From Meiothermus sp. (GTDB taxonomy: Bacteria; Deinococcota; Deinococci; Deinococcales; Thermaceae), in the NCBI GenBank assembly GCA_033762915.1, contig JANRLD010000115.1, forward strand, positions 64,001-128,000: a stretch of 64,000 bases of DNA, given 5' to 3'. Within the stretch, counting starts at the first letter, position 1. Every line of letters starts with the position of its first letter. Shown in pieces: positions 10,051 to 19,120 of the stretch. The notes beneath the pieces were generated by a model that was not told where the DNA came from, ran no database searches, and worked only from the letters and a program-made list of their open reading frames with translations. A program made the position numbers and the translations under genes.

Positions 10051-12696
10051 GTGCCCTATCAGGTCCCCAAAAGCCGCCTGCTCCCGCCGCGTACCGCGCG
10101 GGAGGTGGAACGCAAGCGGCCGCTCGAGGTGCTGCGCCAGGGGTTCGCCACCAGCCCGGTGCTGGTGCTGGCGGCGGGGGCGGGATACGGCAAATCCACG
10201 CTGCTCTCGGGCCTGCCAGGGGTCTGGCTGACCCTGGGCGAGGACTGCTCCGACCCGGTGGTGCTGGGCTGGCACCTGCTCGAGGCCTACGCCCCGCGCC
10301 TGGGCGAACGCCTGGGGCCCGCCCGGGCGGCCCTCGAGCGCGGCGCCTGGGCGGCTGCAGGCGAAGCGCTACTCGAGGCGCTCTCGGGCACCTCCGCCCA
10401 CCTGCTGGTGCTCGACGAGGCCCAGCGGGCCGCCAGCCGCGAGGCGGTTGGGCTGTTGCGGACGCTGAGCCAGGTGCCCAAACTGAGCGTGGCGGTGCTC
10501 TCGAGGCGGGCCGCGCCCTGGGAGGTGCTGGGGCGGGTGCTGGGCGAGGGCGAGCTGGCCTTCGACGCGGGCGAGGCGCTGCAGCTGGCCCAGGCGGTCG
10601 CGCCCGAACTGGCGGCCTTCGAGGTCGAGCAGGCCCACAGCCTGGTGCGGGGCTGGCCGCTGGGGCTGCGGCTGCTGCTGCGGGCCATGCGGCGCGGGGC
10701 CAAGCCCGAGGAGGCCTTCTACGCCCACCCCGATCCGGCCGGGCTGCTGGCCTATCTGGTCCCGAGCCTGCCCGAGGCGGTACTCCAGGCGGCGGCCAGG
10801 GCCAGCGTGCTGGGCGAGCTGGGGCCGGAAGAGTCCGAGTGGCTGGGGGGCGTGGAGGCGGAGTTGCTCTCCGCCCACGCCGCCGACCTGTTGCTGGAGA
10901 AGGTGGGCGGGCGGATCCGCTTCCACCCGCTGGTGCGCCAAGCCCTGATGAGCCTGCTCGAGCCCTCCGAGGTGCGCCAGCTCTTGTCCAGGGCCGCCGA
11001 TGCGGCGCTGGGGCGCGGCGAGGAGGTGCGCGCGGCGGGTTACCTGCTTGAGGCCGGGCGGCTGGGGCACGCGGCGGATTTGGTGCTGGGGCGCAGCGCA
11101 GCCTGGCTCGAGCAGGGCCTAACCTACACCGTGCTGGCGATGCTCGAGCGGCTGCCCGAGGCCATGCTCAGTGCCCGGCCTGGGCTGGTCTACTTGCAGG
11201 CCGAGGGGCTGCGGCAGGCCGGGCGCTACGCCGAAGCCGAGCGGGTCTATCGGCGGGCGCTCGAGGCCGGGCAGGAGCAGGCGCTGCTGGGGCTCTCGCG
11301 GCTGTTCCTCGATACCGTGGAGCCCGCCAAGGCCCAGGGCTATCTCGAGCTGGCCAAGGCCCGCTTCCCCGAGGAGGCGCGACAGCTCTGGGCGGAAAAC
11401 CTGCTCAACGCAGGTCAGGCCCTCGAGGCAGCAGCGCTGGGCTTGGGGGGGCCACGGGTCTGGCTGCGGAGCGGGCAGCCCGAACAGGCCTTGGAGGCGC
11501 TACGCCAGGCCGAAACCTCCAGCCTGGGACGGGCCCCGCAGAACCACCGCGAGGGGACGCTGCTGCGTTCGCTGCTCGAGGCGGTCGCGGGGGACGCACA
11601 GGCCGCCGAGCAGGCCGCGATCCGGGGCCGGCGCGAGGGCGAGACGCTGGGGAGCCCCTTCGTGGTGGCGCTGGCGGAGTCGCGGCTGGGTCACGCGCTG
11701 CTGGCCCGCAACCGCTGGGTCGAGGCAGGGGCGGCTTACACGCGGGCGCTGGCGCTGGCCGAGGGCGGCCCGTCCCGGCTGCGGCAGGAGGCGCTGGGGG
11801 GGCTGGCCGCGCTGGGCGACGCCAAGGCCTACGCCGAAATGGTGCGGGTCTCGAGAGAGGCCGGCGACGCCTGGGTGGAGGCCTTCATGACCCTGGTGGT
11901 GGCGACAACCCACCTTCGGCGCGGTCAAGGCTTCGCCCTGCCTCCGCTGGTGGTCGCCGACCAGTTCCTCGAGGCCTTGGCCCGGGACTACCCAGCGGGC
12001 AGTCGTGCGCTGCTGCAAAACTACCCCTTTCTGCAAAACCCCACCCTTTTTGCCTGGCCGGTCCAGCGCACCCGCAGGCTGCTGTGGGAGGCCGGAGCGC
12101 TGGACCTGCCCTTTCACCCTGGGGTTAGGGTGGAGCTCGAGGCCGTAGGCGGGTTGCGGCTGCGCGTGGACGGACAAGAGGTCAGGTTCAAGCGCGAGAA
12201 AACCCGGCTGTTGCTGGCGCTGTTAATCGCTCGAGACTGGAGCAAGGACGGCTTGATTGAGGCCTTGGGGGTCTCGGACGGCGAGTTCCGGGTGCTGTGG
12301 TCGGAACTGCTGAACGCCCTCGAGCCGGGCCGCCCCGGCCGGGCGGCGGGGTACTTCCTCAAGCCATACAAGCTAGTCGAGGTGCCAGAGCTGTGGCTGG
12401 ATGTGCTCGAGGACGACAGCCTGGATGCCCCCCTGCCGGGCCTGGATCACCCCGACCTCGAGGCGTTCCGGGAGGCACACCAAGCCCGAAAACGCGGGCG
12501 CTGGCTCGAGCAGGATCGACCGGAGCTGTGGCTGAAGGCCCTGCGGCTCGAGCCGACCGACGAGGCGGTTCTGCAGCGCTTGCTGGAAACCCCGCTGGCC
12601 GCCGAGGCCTGGGGGGTTTACGTCGCCGGGATGCAGCAACTGGACTTGCCGTTGAATCCCAGCCTGAGGGGGCGGCCGGGGGTCGGGGCGTCTTGA
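10051..12696 (+). CDS. MalT-like STAND NTPase/TPR transcriptional activator with C-terminal SARP-like (wHTH + BTAD-like) region
   Basis: AGAGYGKST, LLVLDEAQ, GWPLGL, RFHPLVR, helical repeats, then LRLRVDGQEVRFKREKTRLLLALL...ALRLEPTDE; TAGAAT 6 nt upstream (leaderless). Confidence 0.8.
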   Translation: MPYQVPKSRLLPPRTAREVERKRPLEVLRQGFATSPVLVLAAGAGYGKSTLLSGLPGVWLTLGEDCSDPVVLGWHLLEAYAPRLGERLGPARAALERGAWAAAGEALLEALSGTSAHLLVLDEAQRAASREAVGLLRTLSQVPKLSVAVLSRRAAPWEVLGRVLGEGELAFDAGEALQLAQAVAPELAAFEVEQAHSLVRGWPLGLRLLLRAMRRGAKPEEAFYAHPDPAGLLAYLVPSLPEAVLQAAARASVLGELGPEESEWLGGVEAELLSAHAADLLLEKVGGRIRFHPLVRQALMSLLEPSEVRQLLSRAADAALGRGEEVRAAGYLLEAGRLGHAADLVLGRSAAWLEQGLTYTVLAMLERLPEAMLSARPGLVYLQAEGLRQAGRYAEAERVYRRALEAGQEQALLGLSRLFLDTVEPAKAQGYLELAKARFPEEARQLWAENLLNAGQALEAAALGLGGPRVWLRSGQPEQALEALRQAETSSLGRAPQNHREGTLLRSLLEAVAGDAQAAEQAAIRGRREGETLGSPFVVALAESRLGHALLARNRWVEAGAAYTRALALAEGGPSRLRQEALGGLAALGDAKAYAEMVRVSREAGDAWVEAFMTLVVATTHLRRGQGFALPPLVVADQFLEALARDYPAGSRALLQNYPFLQNPTLFAWPVQRTRRLLWEAGALDLPFHPGVRVELEAVGGLRLRVDGQEVRFKREKTRLLLALLIARDWSKDGLIEALGVSDGEFRVLWSELLNALEPGRPGRAAGYFLKPYKLVEVPELWLDVLEDDSLDAPLPGLDHPDLEAFREAHQARKRGRWLEQDRPELWLKALRLEPTDEAVLQRLLETPLAAEAWGVYVAGMQQLDLPLNPSLRGRPGVGAS

Positions 12697-12785
12697 GTTG
12701 GCGGCCGGAGCAGCCGACCCTCGAGACACCGCCTTAGCGCCCGCCCTAATTCCGCTCGCGGCGCTCCGGTACACTACTGCTGCTT

Positions 12786-13196
12786 ATGATGGCCGATATT
12801 CAGAGTTTGGTTGAAGACGCGCCCAAGGCCCAGCGGCTGCGGGGGCTGGCGTGGCTGTTTCTGGGAATGGGGGCGGTTCACCTGCTCAACACCGGGCTGT
12901 TCTCCCTAGCGGTTCCCCGGATCCAGGGGTTCTGGCCCTGGGACCTGCTGGTGTTGCTTGGGTTGGGGCTCGGCGGCCTAGCCTGGATCGAGAGCAGCAA
13001 GGCCCGGTCTCTGCGCCAAGGCCAAAAGACCGCCATCTTGCAGGCGGCCTTCAGCGACAGCTTCGCGGTGCTGCTGTTCGGGGTGCTAGCCCTGTTTGCC
13101 TTGCGGCTGGGCCTTGTGGGCTGGGGCCTCGGGCTTGGGGTTTTCGGGCTGGCCTGGCTTGGGGTGGCGTTTGCGCGGCTGGCGGCTCGGCTGTAA
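12786..13196 (+). CDS. Hypothetical membrane protein (about 4 TM)
   Basis: 136-aa ORF with four hydrophobic segments. Confidence 0.65.
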   Translation: MMADIQSLVEDAPKAQRLRGLAWLFLGMGAVHLLNTGLFSLAVPRIQGFWPWDLLVLLGLGLGGLAWIESSKARSLRQGQKTAILQAAFSDSFAVLLFGVLALFALRLGLVGWGLGLGVFGLAWLGVAFARLAARL

Positions 13197-14033
13197 GAAC
13201 CGAGACCACCAAGGCTCGAGGCTCCCCGGTTTATCCAGGAGCCGCTCAATGGCGGGCAGCGCAGCCTCGGCCCGCTTGCGCCCCATCTCGTAGGCCTGCT
13301 CGGCCTTGGCGTGGTCGAAGGTGTCTATGGGTGGGTCGAAGGCCATCGAGAGGGTCAGGTCGGCCTGGGCCAGCGCCAGGGCCAGCAGGCGGCGTCGGCT
13401 GGCCTCGCCGGCCTGCATGGCGGCCTCGAAGGCCGACTTGGGGTCTGAGGGCACCAGGGCGTTGGAGATGTCGACCGCCACCACCGGCCCCAGCCCCAGT
13501 GAGCGGGCGGCCGTGACCGGGACCTTCTCGGCGACGTCGCCATCGACCAGGGTGCGCCCGTGCCACTGCACCGGGGGGAAGACGCTGGGCACGGCGCTGC
13601 TGGCGGCCAGCGCCTCGGCCACCGGTCCGGCCCGCAACAGTACCAGCTCGCCGGTGTTGAAGTCGGTGGCCTGGATGATCAGGGGAACCGGGGCGTCCTC
13701 GATGCGCTGAGCGCCGAAGACCTCGCGGTAGCCCTGGCGGATCTTGGCGCCCTCGGCCAGGTAGGGCCTGCGCACGAACTCCACCATGCGGATGACCTGG
13801 TTGAGGGTGTTGTTCTTGAGGAGGCGGTCGATTTCGGGGTCTTTTAGCCACTCGTTCACGTCGGTGTGGCGCACGTGCAGCCCGACGGCAAACCCCGCCG
13901 CCGCCAGCGCCCCCGCCGAGCTGCCGGCCAACCCGGCCACCGGAACCTGGCGCTCGCGCAACACGTCCAGGACTGCGGTGTGGGCCCCACCGCGCACGCC
14001 CCCGCCGCCCAATGCCAGTACAATTCCGCTCAC
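13086..14033 (-). CDS. Patatin-like phospholipase
   Basis: LALGGGGVRG, GSSAG nucleophile, ASSAVPSVFPPV, VDGD; start probably GTG 14033 or 14039. Confidence 0.88.
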   Translation of the reverse strand: MSGIVLALGGGGVRGGAHTAVLDVLRERQVPVAGLAGSSAGALAAAGFAVGLHVRHTDVNEWLKDPEIDRLLKNNTLNQVIRMVEFVRRPYLAEGAKIRQGYREVFGAQRIEDAPVPLIIQATDFNTGELVLLRAGPVAEALAASSAVPSVFPPVQWHGRTLVDGDVAEKVPVTAARSLGLGPVVAVDISNALVPSDPKSAFEAAMQAGEASRRRLLALALAQADLTLSMAFDPPIDTFDHAKAEQAYEMGRKRAEAALPAIERLLDKPGSLEPWWSRFLQPSRQPRKRHPKPGQPENPKPEAPAHKAQPQGKQG

Positions 14034-14203
14034 ACTCACCCCCGCTGTTCTCAGGGTAACAGGATTTCTGAGAAAGGGGGTGAGCAAACCCCCTATGCGT
14101 TAACACCCTTTGGAAGCTCCGATACGCCCCGCTGAAAATTGGGTATTATGGGGTTAGACCATACCCGGGGACTGCCGTCAGGCCCCCCTCGAGGAGGAAA
14201 TAC

Positions 14204-14416
14204 GTGATCTGGGCTTTACTCTTCACCGTTGGCGCGATTGTGGTTACCTGGCTGTTGTATGTGGCCCTCAGGCCAGCCAATATGGAGCGCGGCGGCGAAG
14301 GCGACGACCTCCGCTTCATCGGCTTCGCACTGGTGCTGATCATCTTGTCGGCGATCACCATCGCCTCGATGCTGATCCTGGGTAAGAGCGACGTGGTGCA
14401 GCAGATCCGCTTCTAA
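14204..14416 (+). CDS. Small two-TM membrane protein
   Basis: SD GAGGAGG before GTG; two hydrophobic helices; terminator-like hairpin downstream. Confidence 0.7.
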   Translation: MIWALLFTVGAIVVTWLLYVALRPANMERGGEGDDLRFIGFALVLIILSAITIASMLILGKSDVVQQIRF

Positions 14417-14463
14417 TGTTTGAGCACATCCTTAACTAAAGGTAAGTGCACGTTCCGGTCTGT

Positions 14464-14494
14464 AACCCCAAGCGTTAAGTGCTTGGGGTTTTTC
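14464..14494 (+). terminator. Intrinsic terminator
   Basis: AACCCCAAGC-GTTAAGT-GCTTGGGGTT followed by T run. Confidence 0.6.
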
Positions 14495-14550
14495 TACAGG
14501 GGGCATTTTCAGTTTTGTGATTTAGACTCATAAATGTTGAAAGGAGAAGT

Positions 14551-16026
14551 ATGCTGAGAACCATGCTCATTCCCTTCGTGTGTACCTTGGCGTTCATCGT
14601 CTCGTCATGCGGCCCGACCGGCACAACCACCCCTACCGGCACAATCACCATCACGGTCGCGGTGGACAAGACCGCCAACACGACGGCAGCCGACCCCAGC
14701 ATCAACGTGACCCTCACGAACAGCAGCAGCACCACGGTCGGCACCGCCATCACCGCCGTCGGACCTGCCGCGGCCCAGACCTTCCCCGAGGGAACCTACA
14801 CCGTCGTAGCCCCGGCCCCCAACGGGTACACGGTCAACATAACCCCCAGCGCCAACATCGTGGTTGCTGCGGCCACCCCCGCCAGCGTGACCGTGACCTA
14901 CGTGGCGCAGGCCCCCGTGACGGGCGGCGCGGTTAACCCCGCAAAGACCTTCACGAGCCCGCTAGGGATTGGCAGCTTGGCCTTCATGCCTGCCGGCACG
15001 GGTGGCGCGGGGCGTCTGTACGCCAGCGGCAACGCCAGCATCGCCACCGACATCAGCGGGCGACTCTACCTCGAGCCGTCGGACATCAGTGGGGCCGGCA
15101 GCGCTCCGGTAGCCGTTCCAAGCTTCCAGGTCGTCCAAGGCACCGTCGCCGACCCGACCCCTCTGGTAGAGATTGCCTTTAACGCCAGCGGGGTGTTCTA
15201 TCAGCTCCGCCGCGACGCCCGCGCCGACTTCCAAACCCCCATCAGCCGTTACCCCCGCACCACTGCCGTGTCGAATAACTTCGCCGACGAGCAGTTCGTC
15301 ATCACCAACGGCTTCTTCAACCCCACGCCCTCGACCTCCGACCGCTCGCTAACCGCCCCGACCGATATGGCGGTAGACGCCAGCGGCAACCTCTGGGTCG
15401 TAGACCCGACCGGTAACGCCCGGAGTTGGCGCGGCGACGTGAGCGGAACGCCGGCGGGTCGCCTGGTCTGCTACTCCGCCGCCGACCAGTCCGCCGCCTC
15501 CACCACCCGCCCGACCGCACCGGGTACCGTCGGCACCCCCGGCGTGATCTACCACGACGGCCCGGCGGCGGGTGCCCGCACCATCGTCATCGAGCCGGGC
15601 GCTGGCGGGGCCATCTGGATCGGCAGCGGCACCGGGGCCAATGCACGCCTACACCGCGTCACCAGCCTGGCCTGCCCCAACCTCCCGACCAGCCAGGATC
15701 CCCAGGTGGTTGACCTGGCCCCGACCCCCCCCGCCACCCTGCCGGCTGGCGTCACCATCCGCACCCTCTCTGGGGCAAGCCTGGTCGGCCCGGTTGATCT
15801 GGCCGTCTCGGGGTCGAACCTGCTGGTGGCCCAGTCCAACGCCAGCACCAACAACATCCTGTCGGTGGCCCTAAGCGCGACCAGCCTCCCGACCACCAAC
15901 CCCACCACCCTGAACGGCCTATCCGGCAACATCACCAGCCTCGCGGTGGACTCCGGTGGCAAGATATGGGTCGGATCCTCGGGGGCCGCTGCCCCCAATC
16001 CAGGCCGCATCTACCAACTGCCCTGA
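14551..16026 (+). CDS. Surface lipoprotein, one Ig-like domain plus NHL-like beta-propeller (array paralog 1)
   Basis: Lipobox IVSS-C; PEGTYTVVA; DMAVDASGNLW and LAVDSGGKIW blades; Thr/Ser/Pro rich. Confidence 0.8.
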   Translation: MLRTMLIPFVCTLAFIVSSCGPTGTTTPTGTITITVAVDKTANTTAADPSINVTLTNSSSTTVGTAITAVGPAAAQTFPEGTYTVVAPAPNGYTVNITPSANIVVAAATPASVTVTYVAQAPVTGGAVNPAKTFTSPLGIGSLAFMPAGTGGAGRLYASGNASIATDISGRLYLEPSDISGAGSAPVAVPSFQVVQGTVADPTPLVEIAFNASGVFYQLRRDARADFQTPISRYPRTTAVSNNFADEQFVITNGFFNPTPSTSDRSLTAPTDMAVDASGNLWVVDPTGNARSWRGDVSGTPAGRLVCYSAADQSAASTTRPTAPGTVGTPGVIYHDGPAAGARTIVIEPGAGGAIWIGSGTGANARLHRVTSLACPNLPTSQDPQVVDLAPTPPATLPAGVTIRTLSGASLVGPVDLAVSGSNLLVAQSNASTNNILSVALSATSLPTTNPTTLNGLSGNITSLAVDSGGKIWVGSSGAAAPNPGRIYQLP

Positions 16027-16048
16027 GCCCAAAGCCACAACGCCCCAC

Positions 16049-16072
16049 CCCCCGCCTCGAGGCGGGGGTTTC
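16049..16072 (+). terminator. Intrinsic terminator after paralog 1
   Basis: CCCCCGCC-TCGA-GGCGGGGG-TTT. Confidence 0.55.
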
Positions 16073-16102
16073 CTATAGCCCAGGCGGGAGTCCACTGGAT
16101 GG

Positions 16103-16198
16103 CTGATAGGGGTTCCCACCCATACCCCGCACGCCGAGATTCGGATGTGCGGGGTACATTACGCCTCAGGCGGTGAGGCGTTGGTAGGAGTAGCTGTA
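16103..16198 (+). repeat. Three-stem intergenic repeat, subtype C
   Basis: GGTTCCCAC...TCGGATGTGCGGGGTACATTACGCC matches the reverse complement of 46376-46485. Confidence 0.7.
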
Positions 16199-16430
16199 TG
16201 TGCTACCCAAATGCTCGAGTTCAGGCCCTTCCGGGGTTGCGTCCGCAAGCCGTTGCCATCGCGACCCTTATTCTCCGAGCCGGAACTCCGCAGTTACAGC
16301 GGCTGTTACTCATAGACTTTCCTCTAATGGCCCTCCGCAGACGTAGTCACGCAGTTCCTCAAACACCATCAGGTACAATTAATGTGCAAGTAACGCCCCG
16401 ATTATGCCGATGCTCTTAAACTGACGTCAG

Positions 16431-18965
16431 ATGCTACGCGAGAGAAATTTTGCCTGGTTGGTCAGCCTGGTTGCCGTCCTGGCGGCCTGTGCCGCCCCAC
16501 CCGCCACGGGCCGCCTCGAGGTCACGCTCGAGGGGGTGGACGGGCTGAGCGGAGCCGAGTGGCCAGGGTACAAGCTGACCGGCCCCAACTATGTCCGCAC
16601 CTTCCAGAACAGCGCCAGCCTGCCGGGCCGTGAGCCGGGCACCTACAGCCTCGAGGCCCCGCCGTTCGAGGCCCGGGGCAACCGCTACGCCGCCCAGGTC
16701 CGGTTTGGCACTGCGCTGGCCAGCAGCGGGGTGTTGGACCCCAACCAGACCCTCTCGGTCAGGGTGGCGTATACCTCGACCCCCGTCGTGGTAGCCCCCA
16801 CCACCGGAACCCTTAGCCTCGCCATCAGCGGGCCGGGCCTCGAGGGCTTCGCCCCGAACGTGAGCGTCACGGGGCCCGACGGCTTCAGCCAGAGCATCAC
16901 CGCCAGCGGAGCGACCGCCCTGACCGGACTGACGCCGGGCAACTACCAGGTGGCGGCCAGTCCGGTTGTTGTCCTGGGGGTCAGTCTCGCACCGCCCTCG
17001 AGCCAGGTCAGCCAGCGCGTGAGCGTGTCGGCGGGCCAGGCGGCGCAGGCAGCGGTGGCCTACGCGGCCACCAACTCCAGCGTGAGCGTCACCCTGAGCG
17101 GCCTCGAGGCGGGCGACCAGGCTACCGTCACCCTGCGCGGGGCAGCGGGCGCGGCGATTACCCCCCAGTCCCGCGTGGGCAACGGTCCGGTGCGCTTCGC
17201 CGGGGTCCCGTTCGACAGCTATACCGTGGTGGCGACGGCCATACGTCCAGGCAGCCTGATTGGCCTCGGCTCGAGCGAGGCCAGCGTAACCACCTCGCTA
17301 CAGCAACCTTTGCCCTCGAGCATCGCGCTAGCCCTCAGGGAACAGACCGGAGGCCAGATGTACGCCATCGGCAACGGATCGCTACGCGGTGGCAACGGGG
17401 TCTACAGCCTGGGCTTTTCTGAGATCCGCGAGAACGCTACCCTGACCCGGCTGCTGGTGGGCGACGCAGTGGGGCTGACCGACTTGGCCCAGAGCTGTTT
17501 CGACACGGTAAGCCGCAGCCCCTTTCGGGCGGTCTTCGACCCCGCGGGCAACCTCTACCTGTCCTACCAAGGGTACTCGGTGGGCGTAGGCAGCCTGACC
17601 GGCTGCACCCGCCTCTCCTACCCCGGACAGACCGCCGTGAGGGGCTACTATGTCCAGCCCTTCATCCTAAAGGTCTCGCCGGACAACCTGCGGCAGGGGC
17701 GCTTCTTCGAGATCACCCGCGAGAACCGCCCGGCGGACGAGGTTTCCGGCAGCCCCTACGTCGTCGAGGTAGCAACCCCCGTGCCCGGCAACAAGGTGCT
17801 GCGCAAGAGCGTGGTGCCCACTACCGCGTTCTCGACCCTCGAGGACATTTTCCCCTTCGCCTCGAGTACCCGCGACCGCGAGCCCGGCGTTGAGGCCGCC
17901 GACATGGCCTTCGACGCCCAGGGCAACCTTTGGCTGGTCAACAAGGCCAGCGCCGCGCTGGCCTGCGTCGCCGCGGACCAGCTCGCCGCGCCGGACGAGT
18001 TCCTCAACTACCCCAACCGCACCCTTCGCAACCCCTACGCCGACGCCGACGCCAACCCCGCGACCAAGCCCGCCGGGGTCAGCCCCCTGCTCTACAACGC
18101 CTTCGACTCCCCTAGCGCACTGGCCTTTGACCGCGACGGCAACCTGTGGTTCGCCTCGGATAACTACCAGTTTGGCGACCACAAGCGCTCGAGGCTGAGC
18201 CGTCTGCCGGCCGCCAGCCTGACCTGCCCGACCGGCGCGCGAACCAGCCAGCCCGCCGCCGAGGCCGTCATCCCCGACGTGCGCCTGGATATCAGCCTGT
18301 CCGACCGGGCCAGCCCCTTCTACACCCCCTCTGACCTGGCACTTTCGCCCGATGGCGACAGCCTGTGGGTGTCCGATTCGGGCGGCAACGACGACATCGT
18401 ACTGCCGACCTCCAGCCGGGGCCTGTGCCCCCGCCCCACCCGCACCCTGACCGGGAGCACTACTGAGGTGGTCTGCCCGGCGGGGGCGGATCGGCTCGAG
18501 GAGACCCTGATCCAGGTGCCCATCCGCAACCCCGACGGCAGCCCGCACCCCAACTCCACCCCGAACACCGCCAGCGAGCCGATCAAGGCGGCCGTGGTGG
18601 CCGACCGCATTGCCATCACCTCGTCGGGCAGCGTGGGGACGGGCGCGTTGCAGGAGCCGTACGGTCTGGCCTTTGACGGCCTGGGGAGGCTGTGGGTGGC
18701 CGCCAACAACAACATGAACGTGACCCAGGCCCTCCGCGACGCGGCAGTAGAGTTCGCCCCCTCGATTACCGGCCAATACGCCTACCTCACCCCCAGGTCG
18801 GTGTTTAGCGACGCACTGCGCGACCGTCGGGGCAAGCTCTACGGCCTTACCCTCCCCACCAGCCCCAACCCCAACCCCGCCCAGCCCCGCCCGGTGAGCA
18901 GCCTGATCACCCTCAGCGCCGAGACCAACACGGGTCTGACCAGCGTCGGCTTCCTGAACCCCTAG
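16431..18965 (+). CDS. Surface lipoprotein, Ig-like repeats plus NHL-like beta-propeller (array paralog 2)
   Basis: Lipobox VLAA-C; PGTYSL and PGNYQV repeats; DMAFDAQGNLW, LAFDRDGNLW, LAFDGLGRLW. Confidence 0.82.
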   Translation: MLRERNFAWLVSLVAVLAACAAPPATGRLEVTLEGVDGLSGAEWPGYKLTGPNYVRTFQNSASLPGREPGTYSLEAPPFEARGNRYAAQVRFGTALASSGVLDPNQTLSVRVAYTSTPVVVAPTTGTLSLAISGPGLEGFAPNVSVTGPDGFSQSITASGATALTGLTPGNYQVAASPVVVLGVSLAPPSSQVSQRVSVSAGQAAQAAVAYAATNSSVSVTLSGLEAGDQATVTLRGAAGAAITPQSRVGNGPVRFAGVPFDSYTVVATAIRPGSLIGLGSSEASVTTSLQQPLPSSIALALREQTGGQMYAIGNGSLRGGNGVYSLGFSEIRENATLTRLLVGDAVGLTDLAQSCFDTVSRSPFRAVFDPAGNLYLSYQGYSVGVGSLTGCTRLSYPGQTAVRGYYVQPFILKVSPDNLRQGRFFEITRENRPADEVSGSPYVVEVATPVPGNKVLRKSVVPTTAFSTLEDIFPFASSTRDREPGVEAADMAFDAQGNLWLVNKASAALACVAADQLAAPDEFLNYPNRTLRNPYADADANPATKPAGVSPLLYNAFDSPSALAFDRDGNLWFASDNYQFGDHKRSRLSRLPAASLTCPTGARTSQPAAEAVIPDVRLDISLSDRASPFYTPSDLALSPDGDSLWVSDSGGNDDIVLPTSSRGLCPRPTRTLTGSTTEVVCPAGADRLEETLIQVPIRNPDGSPHPNSTPNTASEPIKAAVVADRIAITSSGSVGTGALQEPYGLAFDGLGRLWVAANNNMNVTQALRDAAVEFAPSITGQYAYLTPRSVFSDALRDRRGKLYGLTLPTSPNPNPAQPRPVSSLITLSAETNTGLTSVGFLNP

Positions 18966-19120
18966 GCGTTACGTATAACGTTACCTGGGCATTCTCCCTC
19001 GGCCCCCCTGGCATTACGCCCGTTAAAGCCGCTCGAGAATGCCCAAATGACCCGGCCAAAAACGCCCATAACGGGTAAATTACGCGCTGGGGTTTACCCT
19101 AGAAAGGCCATGGAGGATCT

